Below, one piece after another: positions 37,094 through 46,788 of a stretch of DNA of 64,000 nucleotides (the stretch's first letter is position 1; the number at the start of each line of letters is the position of its first letter). This DNA comes from Bacillota bacterium (GTDB taxonomy: Bacteria; Bacillota; Limnochordia; Darwinibacteriales; JAAYFS01), in the NCBI GenBank assembly GCA_012728115.1, contig JAAYFS010000002.1, positions 4,818-68,817 on the forward strand. The letters are read 5' to 3'. Made by a program: the position numbers and the translations under genes. Under the pieces are notes generated by a model. The model made no database searches. It was not told the DNA's origin and worked only from the letters and a program-made list of their open reading frames with translations.

Positions 37094-39529
37094 ATGTTCG
37101 GTAAATTTACTCAACGAGCCCAAAGAGTGATTGTTCTAGCACAAGAAGAAGCTAGAAGATTAGGGCATACTGTCGTTGGAACTGAACACCTTCTCCTAGG
37201 GTTGATTGCCGAAGGTGAAGGGGTAGCCTCACGAGCATTACAAAGTCTAGGGATAAATATAGATAAGGTGCGTCAAGAAGTTGAAAAAGTAATCGGACGC
37301 GGCGAAGAAATGTTTCAGGGTCAAATCGGTTTTACTCCAAGAGCAAAACGCGTTTTGGAACTAGCATTCGATGAAGCAAGGCAATTTGGTCATGGTTATA
37401 TCGGAACTGAACATCTTTTATTAGGTCTAATTAGAGAAGGCGAAGGAGTTGCCGCCCAGGTACTAACCAATCTAGGGGCAGAACTGGATAAAGTTCGCAA
37501 ACAAGTATTGGATCTTTTAGGTCATGCAGGTACCAGTGGACAAAAAGGAGCTCGAAAGACAACCAAGACTCCTACCTTGGAGCAGTTTGGACGAGATCTA
37601 ACTGAACTTGCTCGCGAAGGCAAGCTTGATCCCGTGATCGGTAGGGAAAAGGAAATCGAACGGGTTATCCAAATTCTTAGTCGTCGCACCAAGAATAATC
37701 CATGTCTGATCGGTGAACCAGGAGTTGGTAAGACGGCGATTGCAGAAGGATTAGCGATTAAAATTGTTCAAGGAGATCTACCAGAACTTTTACTAAATAA
37801 ACGTGTGGTAACTTTGGACCTTGGTTCAATGGTAGCAGGCTCCAAATTTAGAGGGGAATTTGAAGAACGTTTGAAAAAAGTAATGGAAGAAATCAGAGCA
37901 TCAGGCGATATCATTCTCTTTATTGATGAAATGCATACCATTATTGGCGCAGGGGCTGCTGAAGGTGCTATCGATGCTTCGAATATCCTCAAACCAGCTC
38001 TCGCAAGAGGCGAACTTCAAGCCATCGGGGCAACTACATTAGATGAATATCGTAAACATGTAGAAAAAGATCCCGCACTTGAACGTCGCTTCCAACCAGT
38101 AATGGTTGAAGAACCTACAGTGGAAGAAACCATTCTGATTTTAAAAGGATTGCGTGATCGCTATGAGGCACATCATCGGGTGAAAATCATGGATGAGGCG
38201 ATCGAAGGTGCGGCTAAATTATCAAGTAGATATATTACTGATCGTTATCTCCCAGATAAAGCGATTGACTTATTGGATGAAGCATCCTCGAAAGTAAGGC
38301 TAAGAGGATTGATAGTTCCACCAGAGGTTAAGGATTTAGAAAAAGAGATCGATGAAGTTATTCTCGAAAAGGATGCAGCAATTAAGAATGAAGAATTTGA
38401 AAAAGCAGCTAGCCTCCGTGATAAGGAACAAAAGCTAAAGGATAAACTTGAAAGTATGAGATCCCAATGGAAGAATAATCAAGGAAGAGAAGAAGCAGTT
38501 GTTACAGAAGACGATATAGCAGATGTAGTAGCTAGTTGGACTGGAATACCAGTGGCCAAGATCGCTCAGGAAGAAACCATCAAACTCTTAAACCTTGAAG
38601 AAGTCTTACACGAACGGGTAATTGGGCAAAATGAAGCTATTGAAGCGGTTTCGCAAGCTGTACGCCGTGCGAGGGTAGGATTGAAAGATCCTAATCGTCC
38701 GATCGGTTCCTTCATTTTCCTTGGTCCGACAGGAGTAGGTAAGACCGAGCTTGCTCGAGCACTAGCGAATGCTTTGTTTGGCGATGATGAAGCCATGATC
38801 AGGCTCGATATGTCTGAGTATATGGAAAGACACACGGTGTCTAGATTAGTTGGAGCACCTCCAGGATACGTAGGTTACGATGAAGGTGGTCAACTAACAG
38901 AAAAGGTTAGAAGACGTCCATATTCGGTTGTGCTTTTAGATGAGATCGAAAAAGCACATCCAGAAGTATTCAATGTTTTACTTCAAGTCTTAGAGGATGG
39001 ACGTTTAACCGACGGAAAGGGTAGAACGGTTGACTTTAAGAATACTGTAATCATCATGACTTCCAACGTTGGGGCTCAACAAATCCAACGAGAAACCAGT
39101 ATCGGTTTCAGGGTTGTAGATGATGAAAAAGGCGAATATGAAGCGATGAAAGACAAAGTCACAGATGAATTAAAACGAACCTTCCGCCCTGAGTTTCTCA
39201 ACCGGGTTGATGAAGTAATTGTCTTCCACGCCCTTAATAAAGAGCATATCGGTCAAATCGTTGACATTATGCTTAACGAAGTTACACAGCAACTTAAGGA
39301 ACGAAATATCGAGATCAATGTTACCGAGGCTGCTAAGCAAGTCCTCGTTGAAAAAGGATTTGACAGGGACTTTGGTGCTCGTCCACTTAGAAGAGCGATC
39401 CAAAGACTGATTGAGAACCCATTGTCCGACGAATTATTAAGAGGCGAGTTTGTTGATGGTGGCGTAATTTTAATCGATGCAAAAGATGGTGAATTGCAAT
39501 TTTCTGTAGCAGATTCCGCGAAAAAATAA
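37094..39529 (+). CDS. clpC: ATP-dependent Clp protease ATP-binding subunit ClpC
   Basis: Two Clp_N repeats, two AAA+ modules ([16 protein letters not shown]), an intervening UVR motif, 811 aa. Confidence 0.95.
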   Translation: MFGKFTQRAQRVIVLAQEEARRLGHTVVGTEHLLLGLIAEGEGVASRALQSLGINIDKVRQEVEKVIGRGEEMFQGQIGFTPRAKRVLELAFDEARQFGHGYIGTEHLLLGLIREGEGVAAQVLTNLGAELDKVRKQVLDLLGHAGTSGQKGARKTTKTPTLEQFGRDLTELAREGKLDPVIGREKEIERVIQILSRRTKNNPCLIGEPGVGKTAIAEGLAIKIVQGDLPELLLNKRVVTLDLGSMVAGSKFRGEFEERLKKVMEEIRASGDIILFIDEMHTIIGAGAAEGAIDASNILKPALARGELQAIGATTLDEYRKHVEKDPALERRFQPVMVEEPTVEETILILKGLRDRYEAHHRVKIMDEAIEGAAKLSSRYITDRYLPDKAIDLLDEASSKVRLRGLIVPPEVKDLEKEIDEVILEKDAAIKNEEFEKAASLRDKEQKLKDKLESMRSQWKNNQGREEAVVTEDDIADVVASWTGIPVAKIAQEETIKLLNLEEVLHERVIGQNEAIEAVSQAVRRARVGLKDPNRPIGSFIFLGPTGVGKTELARALANALFGDDEAMIRLDMSEYMERHTVSRLVGAPPGYVGYDEGGQLTEKVRRRPYSVVLLDEIEKAHPEVFNVLLQVLEDGRLTDGKGRTVDFKNTVIIMTSNVGAQQIQRETSIGFRVVDDEKGEYEAMKDKVTDELKRTFRPEFLNRVDEVIVFHALNKEHIGQIVDIMLNEVTQQLKERNIEINVTEAAKQVLVEKGFDRDFGARPLRRAIQRLIENPLSDELLRGEFVDGGVILIDAKDGELQFSVADSAKK

Positions 39530-39550
39530 AGTTGCAAAAATACGAAAAAG

Positions 39551-39585
39551 GCACACAATCGGTTGGTTGTGTGCTTTTATTTTGA
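39551..39585 (+). terminator. Terminator after clpC
   Basis: gcacacaa-tcggttgg-ttgtgtgc followed by ttttatttt. Confidence 0.7.
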
Positions 39586-39638
39586 ATGATATAATAATAT
39601 CAAGGATGTAGTGATCAAAATTAGGGATTGGGTGATTT

Positions 39639-41027
39639 ATGGCAAAGAAAACCACGCTTTTCGTCTGTCAAAACTGCGGAAATGAGTTTTCGCGTTGGAT
39701 GGGAAGATGCACTGGTTGTGGCGAGTGGAACACCCTAGTGGAAGAAGTGTCTGTTAAAGGAACTAAAGGGACCAAGAATTCTTGGGTTTCATTTTTTGGT
39801 ACCAATAAACCACAGCCAATCACTGCGGTTTCAAGTAGTCAGATCGAAAGGTATCACACGGGACTTAAAGATCTAGATAGGGTACTTGGCGGTGGGATAG
39901 TACCAGGCTCTTTAGGCTTAATTGGTGGAGATCCAGGGGTTGGGAAATCTACTTTATTGATGCAAGTTTCTAACTATGTGGCTTCCACCTATGGTAAGGT
40001 CCTTTATGTATCTGGCGAGGAATCTGTCGGACAGCTTAAAGAAAGGGCAATACGCTTAAAGGCACTTAATGATGACCTAGTAGTTGTCACTGAGGCAGAT
40101 GTCGAACGGATTTCTATTCATATTGAAAATGAGAAACCGTCATTAGTGCTAATAGACTCTATCCAAGCCGTTTATCTTCCAGAATTAACCTCTACTCCAG
40201 GCAGTGTCGGTCAGGTGCGGGAATGCACCACTCGTTTTCTGCAAATTGCCAAAGGTACGGGGATTCCGATTATGTTAGTTGGACATGTTACAAAAGGAGG
40301 CGCACTGGCTGGTCCAAAAGTGCTAGAACATGCAGTTGATTACGTATTATATTTTGAGGGTGAAAACCATACAACTTTTAGAATTTTGCGTGGAGTAAAA
40401 AACCGTTTTGGCTCAACCAACGAAATCGGAGTTTTCGAGATGACTAAGGAAGGATTAGTCGTAATCGATAACCCTTCAAGCCTTTTCCTCTCCCAACGAC
40501 CGCAAGACGGACCAGGCTCGGTGGTTATGCCAAGTATGGAAGGAAGTAGACCCTTATTAGTTGAGTTACAAGCTTTAGTGGGGAATACTATCTTTGGTGG
40601 GGTCCCTAGAAGGCAAACAACAGGCGTGGATCATAAAAGATTTTCGATGGTGTTGGCGGTTTTGGAAAAACGAAATCACTATCCTCTACAAAACAAAGAT
40701 GTTTTTGTCAACGTAGTGGGGGGTCTTAAACTAGAAGAACCCGCGGCAGATTTAGCGATTGCGATCGCTGTGGCCAGTAGCATTAACAGCATTTCCCTCC
40801 CTCAATCTTGGGCAGTACTTGGTGAAGTGGGATTAGCTGGTGAAGTTAGAGCTGTAAGTCATATTGAGCAAAGACTTCACGAATTATCTAAATTAGGATT
40901 CAAAAAATGTATCGTTCCAATCAATAATGTTAAAGAAAATGCCCAAATTAAGGTTATCGGAGTTAATTCCGTTAAAGATGCGCTCCACATCCTAAAAGCA
41001 CAGGGAGGTGACGATAGTGAGAGATGA
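39639..41027 (+). CDS. radA: DNA repair protein RadA/Sms
   Basis: An N-terminal C4 zinc finger ('CQNCGNEF...CTGCGEW'), a RecA-like Walker A 'GDPGVGKST' and a Lon-like C-terminal domain. Confidence 0.95.
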   Translation: MAKKTTLFVCQNCGNEFSRWMGRCTGCGEWNTLVEEVSVKGTKGTKNSWVSFFGTNKPQPITAVSSSQIERYHTGLKDLDRVLGGGIVPGSLGLIGGDPGVGKSTLLMQVSNYVASTYGKVLYVSGEESVGQLKERAIRLKALNDDLVVVTEADVERISIHIENEKPSLVLIDSIQAVYLPELTSTPGSVGQVRECTTRFLQIAKGTGIPIMLVGHVTKGGALAGPKVLEHAVDYVLYFEGENHTTFRILRGVKNRFGSTNEIGVFEMTKEGLVVIDNPSSLFLSQRPQDGPGSVVMPSMEGSRPLLVELQALVGNTIFGGVPRRQTTGVDHKRFSMVLAVLEKRNHYPLQNKDVFVNVVGGLKLEEPAADLAIAIAVASSINSISLPQSWAVLGEVGLAGEVRAVSHIEQRLHELSKLGFKKCIVPINNVKENAQIKVIGVNSVKDALHILKAQGGDDSER

Positions 41028-42111
41028 TCAAAATAATCCAGAAGATGTCCTTATAAAATACCTAAAACTAGTTGCACCAGGTACACTTTTATATGAAGGT
41101 TTAGAAAATGTTTTGCGGGCACGAACTGGAGGTTTAATTGTAGTAGGAGATAATGAGGATGTATTAGCTTTAGTTAACGGCGGGTTTAAGATCGACGCCG
41201 AAATGCATCCTGCCGCTTTGTACGAGCTTGCGAAAATGGATGGTGCTATCGTTCTCTCATCTGATGCCAAACGCATTCTTTATGCAAATGCCCAGTTAAC
41301 ACCAGATCCAATGATCCCTAGCTTTGAAACTGGTACCAGACATAGAACTGCAGAACGAGTGGCTAAAGAGACGCAGGCGCTAGTTATTTCTATCTCACAA
41401 AGGCGTAATGTTATTACGATGTATTATCGTAATGGTAAGTTTGTTTTACGAGATGTAAACGTCCTTTTAACAAAGGCCAACCAAGCTTTGTCAACCTTGG
41501 AAAAATATCGTAGTGTTTTCGAACAAGCACTCGTCAACCTAAGTGCTCTGGAATTTGAAGATTTAGTTACTTTATTTGATGTTGCAGCAGTTCTCCAACG
41601 TGGTCAAATGGTTGCTAGAATTGCCAAGGAAATCGAGAAATATATAATTCAACTTGGTACAGAAGGACGTCTTGTGAGCATGCAGCTTGAAGAGTTAATG
41701 GGCGATATTGAGGATGAAGGATTGTTAATTGTAAAGGATTATTGTGATCTAGGTGTGGATGAAGAAGCAGTTAATAGGGCAGAAGAGATCTGGGAAGATC
41801 TCATTGACTGGGATTCTGAGGAGCTTTTGAACCTACCATCAATTGCTCGAGCTTTAGGGCATGGCGGAGGGACCAATGTCTTAGAGCAATCGATTACCCC
41901 AAGAGGATATAGGATTTTAACTAAGATTCCTAGATTACCTATGCCTGTTATTGAAAACCTTGTTCGGGCTTTTGGCTTACTTCCATCGATTATGGATGCT
42001 TCGATTGAAGAACTTGATGATGTTGAGGGTATCGGAGAAGTTAGGGCAAAGGCTATCAAAGAAGGATTGAGAAGGCTTCGCGAACAAGCGCTTTTAGATA
42101 GGCATCTATAA
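41017..42111 (+). CDS. disA: DNA integrity scanning protein DisA (diadenylate cyclase)
   Basis: A DAC domain ('DGAIVL', 'TGTRHRTAERVA') and a C-terminal HhH. The GTG start after RBS 'gggagg' is preferred. It overlaps the radA 3' end. Confidence 0.92.
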   Translation: MRDDQNNPEDVLIKYLKLVAPGTLLYEGLENVLRARTGGLIVVGDNEDVLALVNGGFKIDAEMHPAALYELAKMDGAIVLSSDAKRILYANAQLTPDPMIPSFETGTRHRTAERVAKETQALVISISQRRNVITMYYRNGKFVLRDVNVLLTKANQALSTLEKYRSVFEQALVNLSALEFEDLVTLFDVAAVLQRGQMVARIAKEIEKYIIQLGTEGRLVSMQLEELMGDIEDEGLLIVKDYCDLGVDEEAVNRAEEIWEDLIDWDSEELLNLPSIARALGHGGGTNVLEQSITPRGYRILTKIPRLPMPVIENLVRAFGLLPSIMDASIEELDDVEGIGEVRAKAIKEGLRRLREQALLDRHL

Positions 42112-42134
42112 ATGAAGTGAAAATAGTGTAATTA

Positions 42135-42163
42135 TTGACTTTTCAGTCAAACAGTGGTAAATT
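42135..42163 (+). promoter_or_regulatory. Promoter for the carD-like gene (TTGACT-17-TGgTAAATT), with its -35 embedded in the perfect palindrome TTGACTtttcAGTCAA
   Basis: The 16-bp palindrome spans 42135-42150. The extended -10 is at 42155-42163. Confidence 0.55.
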
Positions 42164-42199
42164 GGAAAAAACTTCTTCTCAAGAATGGAGGTTTAAATT

Positions 42200-42763
42200 G
42201 TGTTTAGTATTGGGGACCAAGTAGTTTACCCAATGCACGGAGCAGGAATAATTACCGCGATTGAAGAGCGGGAAGTATTAGGGGAAAAACAGAAGTACTA
42301 TATAATGGCTCTTCCGATCGGTGATATGAAGGTTATGATTCCAATTAACTCAGCCGAAGAAGTCGGTTTGAGGAAAGTAATCGACAAACAAGGAGCAGAA
42401 AAAGTCATCGAAGTATTGAATGGTGACGAAACGAAGATGTCTTCAAATTGGAATCATCGCTATCGTGCAAATATGGAAAAGATCAAAAGTGGTGACGTTT
42501 TTGCAGTTGCGGAAGTAGTGAGAAATCTCTCGATTAGAGATAGGGACAAAGGTCTTTCTACTGGTGAGAGAAAGATGCTAGATACAGCTCGCCAAATACT
42601 CATTAGTGAATTGGTTATTGTGACAGAGTCCACGGAAGAGGAAGTAAATGAGCTCCTTGAAAAGTGTATTGAGAATAAGGGTCTCGATGATTTAGATGAA
42701 GATTTTCCAGATGAATATGAGGAAGATGAAGATAATCTTGATGAAGATCTTCAAGATGAGTAA
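42200..42763 (+). CDS. CarD/CdnL-family RNAP-binding transcriptional regulator with an acidic C-terminal tail
   Basis: A CarD_TRCF N-terminal domain ('GDQVVYPMHGAGIITAIEE'), a GTG start, and a C-terminal D/E-rich tail ('DDLDEDFPDEYEEDEDNLDEDLQDE'). Confidence 0.85.
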   Translation: MFSIGDQVVYPMHGAGIITAIEEREVLGEKQKYYIMALPIGDMKVMIPINSAEEVGLRKVIDKQGAEKVIEVLNGDETKMSSNWNHRYRANMEKIKSGDVFAVAEVVRNLSIRDRDKGLSTGERKMLDTARQILISELVIVTESTEEEVNELLEKCIENKGLDDLDEDFPDEYEEDEDNLDEDLQDE

Positions 42764-42893
42764 GATAGTCTGTATAGCCCCTTATAATTAGCCTAAAAAC
42801 CTTCATTCATTTGCTTAATTTGAATATTTCTGTTAGATTTGGTGATAATAGTCTTGGGCGGAAGATTTGTTGCCAAAGGAGGTGAAAAGAGTC

Positions 42894-43946
42894 TTGGAGA
42901 AGTATTTGCGCTTTTTCTTCGTACTACTGGGTGCTTTCTTAGGCTATGAAGGTGCAAAATACCTGGTTAGTGAAGGGTTGATTTCACCAAGCATCAATGA
43001 GTATTACGTATATGGCTTTCTCATAGCGATAGGTATCATTTCTGGATTTGGAGTTGCCCCATTCTTATCATGGGTAATCAAATCAATTCTAAATAAGGCG
43101 AATAAATTAGTTCATAAAGCTCCATCAAGTGAATTAGCCTCAGGAGCTGTGGGGTTAGCAATTGGATTGTTACTAGCTATTTTAATAACAAATTTCTTGC
43201 CCGAAATTCCTACGATAGGAGGTTACTTACCAGCATTCATTACTTTTTTACTCGGTTTTGCTGGAATGTCATTAGGTTTACGTAAGCGCGATGACTTTTC
43301 GAAAGTATTCGGCGATAGTTCGAAAAACCATAACGATGGAGTACCTAAGATACTTGACACAAGTGTTATTATTGATGGAAGAATTGCGGATATAACCAAA
43401 TCTGGCTTTATCGAGGGTCCGATCCTCGTGCCAGGATTCGTTCTTGAAGAATTACAACATATTGCTGATTCATCGGATGTATTAAAACGTAACCGAGGTC
43501 GGCGGGGTTTAGATATTCTTAATCGGATCCAAAAGGAACCATACGTAAGCGTGGAAGTTTACGATAAAGATTTTGATGATCTGACGGAAGTAGATTCAAA
43601 GTTGGTGAAGCTGGCAAAGCTTATCTCTGGTAAGGTAATCACCAACGATTATAACCTTAATAAGGTTTGTGAACTTCAAGGCGTATCTGTTCTAAATATT
43701 AACGAACTAGCCAATGCAGTGAAGCCAGTGGTGCTTCCTGGCGAAGAGTTACGTGTACATGTCATTAAAGATGGAAAAGAACAAGGCCAAGGCGTTGCCT
43801 ATCTTGACGATGGAACCATGATCGTTGTCGATGGCGGTCGCAGGTTTATTGGCGAAACAATAGGAGTATCAGTTACTAGTGTATTACAAACTGCTGCTGG
43901 CAGAATGATTTTTGCTAAACCAAAAGCAATGGAAAAAGCTTTATAA
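42894..43946 (+). CDS. yacL: PIN/TRAM-domain membrane protein YacL
   Basis: N-terminal TM helices, a PIN domain ('[12 protein letters not shown]') and a C-terminal TRAM domain. The TTG start after RBS 'aaggagg' is chosen; the track ORF starts upstream at 42867. Confidence 0.8.
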   Translation: MEKYLRFFFVLLGAFLGYEGAKYLVSEGLISPSINEYYVYGFLIAIGIISGFGVAPFLSWVIKSILNKANKLVHKAPSSELASGAVGLAIGLLLAILITNFLPEIPTIGGYLPAFITFLLGFAGMSLGLRKRDDFSKVFGDSSKNHNDGVPKILDTSVIIDGRIADITKSGFIEGPILVPGFVLEELQHIADSSDVLKRNRGRRGLDILNRIQKEPYVSVEVYDKDFDDLTEVDSKLVKLAKLISGKVITNDYNLNKVCELQGVSVLNINELANAVKPVVLPGEELRVHVIKDGKEQGQGVAYLDDGTMIVVDGGRRFIGETIGVSVTSVLQTAAGRMIFAKPKAMEKAL

Positions 43947-44109
43947 AACTGATATTAAAACAAGCCTATCAAGGACTATTCACCAATCGATCTTTTTATT
44001 GTAGTTAGTTTACTAACGAAAGAGAATAAATAATTCTTGAAGGAAAAAGTTATAGGAGAGTAAATAGCGATGCTTTTGCTCTCCTATGTGTGTTTGCGGG
44101 GTGATCACA

Positions 44110-45324
44110 ATGTGCCGAACTACCAATGAAAAAGCCGTCATTGATAAAGTTGCAGTGGTGATAGCTGCTGCTGGCAGTGGAACAAGGATGGGATTAGACC
44201 AGAACAAGATCTTTGCCGAAATTGCTGGAGTTCCCGTTTTGATTCGAAGTGTCGAAGCTTTTGAAGGCCTGGAATTTGTCGAGGGCATTTATCTTGTTGC
44301 TAGGGAAGATGAAAAAAAATCGCTCGCTTCCTTGGTAGCTCAAAGTGAGCTAAAAAAAGTTAAAGGCATAATTAGCGGAGGAGAGACCAGACAAGAATCG
44401 GTTTATAATGGATTAATGGCTTTGCCCAAAGATACACAATGGGTCTTTATTCACGATGCTGCTCGGCCATTAGTTAGTAGGCAAATCCTTGAAGATTGCT
44501 TTGAAAACCTTTTGCGGTTCGGAGCGGTTGGTGTTGGAGTTCCAGTGAAAGATACGATCAAAGTTGTTAAAGATGGATTTATTATCTCAACACCTGATCG
44601 AAGTACCCTATGGGCTATTCAAACTCCTCAAGCCTTTTCTTATTCCACCATTTTACAAGCGCATCAACAAGCAAGAACTCAAAAACAGCAGTATACTGAT
44701 GACTGTAGCTTGCTAGAAGCATTCGGTCATAAAGTGAAAATGATTGCGGGTAGCTACCAGAACATAAAGATAACCACACCAGAAGATCTGATCCTAGCAG
44801 AAAGCTTCTTACTGGGCGGTGAAAAACAGGTGAGACAATTGGTAGGTTTTGGGTATGATGTACATAGATTAGTTCCTGAAAGGAAACTGATCCTTTGCGG
44901 TTTAGAAATTGATTATGATCGTGGATTAGCTGGGCATTCAGATGCCGATGTTGCTGTTCATGCCTTGATGGATGCGCTCCTTGGCGCAGCAGGACTTGGT
45001 GATATCGGACAGCATTTTCCAGATACTGATCAAAAATTTAAAGACATCTCTAGCATGGTTCTCTTGGAACGAGTGGTTGAGCTTCTTAAAATAGGTAAGT
45101 ATCAGATTATTAATGTGGATTTGACGATCGTTGCTGAAAAACCAAGACTAGCTCCTTTCATTCCTGAAATGAAAGAGAATTTAGCCAAGACTTTAAAGAT
45201 CCCAATGGAAAATATAAATATTAAGGCTACTACTTCCGAAAAACTTGGTTTTACAGGACGAGGTGAAGGGATCGCTTCATATGCAGTGGCAAATATCAGA
45301 TCCCAGCTACCGCAACGCTTCTAA
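44110..45324 (+). CDS. ispDF: Bifunctional IspD/IspF (2-C-methyl-D-erythritol 4-phosphate cytidylyltransferase / MEcPP synthase)
   Basis: An N-terminal IspD ('VIAAAGSGTRMG') and a C-terminal IspF ('GFGYDVHRL...GHSDADV') in one 405-aa reading frame. Confidence 0.9.
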   Translation: MCRTTNEKAVIDKVAVVIAAAGSGTRMGLDQNKIFAEIAGVPVLIRSVEAFEGLEFVEGIYLVAREDEKKSLASLVAQSELKKVKGIISGGETRQESVYNGLMALPKDTQWVFIHDAARPLVSRQILEDCFENLLRFGAVGVGVPVKDTIKVVKDGFIISTPDRSTLWAIQTPQAFSYSTILQAHQQARTQKQQYTDDCSLLEAFGHKVKMIAGSYQNIKITTPEDLILAESFLLGGEKQVRQLVGFGYDVHRLVPERKLILCGLEIDYDRGLAGHSDADVAVHALMDALLGAAGLGDIGQHFPDTDQKFKDISSMVLLERVVELLKIGKYQIINVDLTIVAEKPRLAPFIPEMKENLAKTLKIPMENINIKATTSEKLGFTGRGEGIASYAVANIRSQLPQRF

Positions 45325-45670
45325 ACTGACCATTTTCATAGATCTGTAACTCTACGATCCGATTCTTTACAAAATCGAAGTACAAATCTTGTGCTGTTTT
45401 TTCCGCAAGTTGGTGCCAGGCTACAGGCTCCTCGGGTCGGTTGAGGGCGTCTTCCTTAAATTCGGCTTTAATTCTCACGTGACCATCAACGATATCGACC
45501 TCTCTAAAAGAAAGGTTTTCAAAAGAAGGCTCGGCATCCTTAACTCGCTGAATAACAGCATCTTCACTAGCGGAAAAAGGATTACTTTTAGAAGGATAAA
45601 AAGCATATAGTATTATGAAAACAACTGCTAAAACCAGGACAATTCCAGCTCCGATTCGTAAAAATTTCAT
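45296..45670 (-). CDS. Hypothetical membrane-anchored protein
   Basis: A 124-aa ORF with an N-terminal signal-anchor. It overlaps the ispDF 3' end convergently and sits where gltX lies in Bacillus synteny. Confidence 0.5.
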   Translation of the reverse strand: MKFLRIGAGIVLVLAVVFIILYAFYPSKSNPFSASEDAVIQRVKDAEPSFENLSFREVDIVDGHVRIKAEFKEDALNRPEEPVAWHQLAEKTAQDLYFDFVKNRIVELQIYENGQFRSVAVAGI

Positions 45671-45792
45671 AATAGACTTCCTCCTGTCTAGAACAATTTA
45701 TCCTTATTATTCTTTGTTAAGCTTACAATTTCATACTCGATTAAAGCATTGTTCGGATTGACACTTTCCACCTGATTGAATATAATGAAAAA

Positions 45793-46052
45793 AACTATAT
45801 GTAGAAGAGTTGAGAGGGAGAGTAAGTTCAATTTTTCTCTTCAGAGAATAGATGCAGTAGCTGTGAGCATCTTAGAGAATGTTGGGCCGAAGTGCACCCT
45901 TGATCTTCCATACTGAAATCTTAAGTAGGTGTGGACGGCTTACACCCGTTAGAGTGTGGTTAAGTGCCCTATGTATTTCGCCCTTGCGGCTTGAAATATG
46001 TGGGAAACAGAGTGGAACCGCGGCCCTCGTCTCTGTATGACGAGGGTTTTTT
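45793..46052 (+). ncRNA. T-box riboswitch leader (Cys specifier) upstream of cysE-cysS
   Basis: Promoter TTGACA(45758)-17-TATAAT(45781). T-box sequence 'aacagAGTGGAACCGCGg' at 46006-46023. Terminator ccctcgtc-tctgtat-gacgaggg followed by tttttt at 46024-46052. A candidate UGC specifier lies in 'gaagUGCAc'. Confidence 0.85.
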
Positions 46053-46073
46053 GATTAAAAAGGTGGTGAAAAT

Positions 46074-46742
46074 ATGTTCAAACGTTTAAAGAAGGATATC
46101 CAAGCAATTCGCGACCGTGATCCAGCGGTGAAAAGTGTAATAGAAATCCTTTTGGCATATCCAGGATTTCATGCACTGCAAATGCATCGAATAGCACATT
46201 TCTTTTATAGAAAAAGGTTCTTTCTTTTAGCGAGAATAATTAGTCATATAAATCGTTTCTTTACAGGGATCGAAATTCATCCTGGTGCCCAAATTGGCAT
46301 AGGGGTGTTCATCGATCATGGAATGGGAGTAGTGATAGGGGAGACTGCTGTTGTTAAAGATAATGTTACCATTTATCAAGGGGTGACATTAGGAGGAACA
46401 GGAAAAGAAAAAGGAAAACGGCATCCAACGATTGAAGAGGGTGCAGTGATAAGTGCAGGTGCTCAAATCCTTGGCTCATTCACTGTTGGTAAGAATGCCC
46501 GCATAGGGGCAGGGGCAGTTGTTCTCCAAAGCGTTCCTGATAATTGTACTGTAGTAGGTGTACCAGGTCGGATAGTTGTTCGTGATGGAAAAAAGGTTGG
46601 TCCACTTGACCATGACAAATTGCCAGATCCAGTAGCGAATGCGATTTATAAAATGCAGGACCAAATTGCCAAACTTGAACAAAGAATTGCTGAATTAGAA
46701 GGCGAAAGAGAACAAGAACGTAGGTTGAGGCTGTGTAATTAG
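46074..46742 (+). CDS. cysE: Serine O-acetyltransferase
   Basis: A SATase N-terminal helical domain and hexapeptide repeats ('GIEIHPGAQIGIGVFIDHGMGVVIGETA'). Confidence 0.92.
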   Translation: MFKRLKKDIQAIRDRDPAVKSVIEILLAYPGFHALQMHRIAHFFYRKRFFLLARIISHINRFFTGIEIHPGAQIGIGVFIDHGMGVVIGETAVVKDNVTIYQGVTLGGTGKEKGKRHPTIEEGAVISAGAQILGSFTVGKNARIGAGAVVLQSVPDNCTVVGVPGRIVVRDGKKVGPLDHDKLPDPVANAIYKMQDQIAKLEQRIAELEGEREQERRLRLCN

Positions 46743-46788
46743 TTTGAAACAAAAATCAGTTAAGAAAGAGTGAAAGCGGGTGACACGT

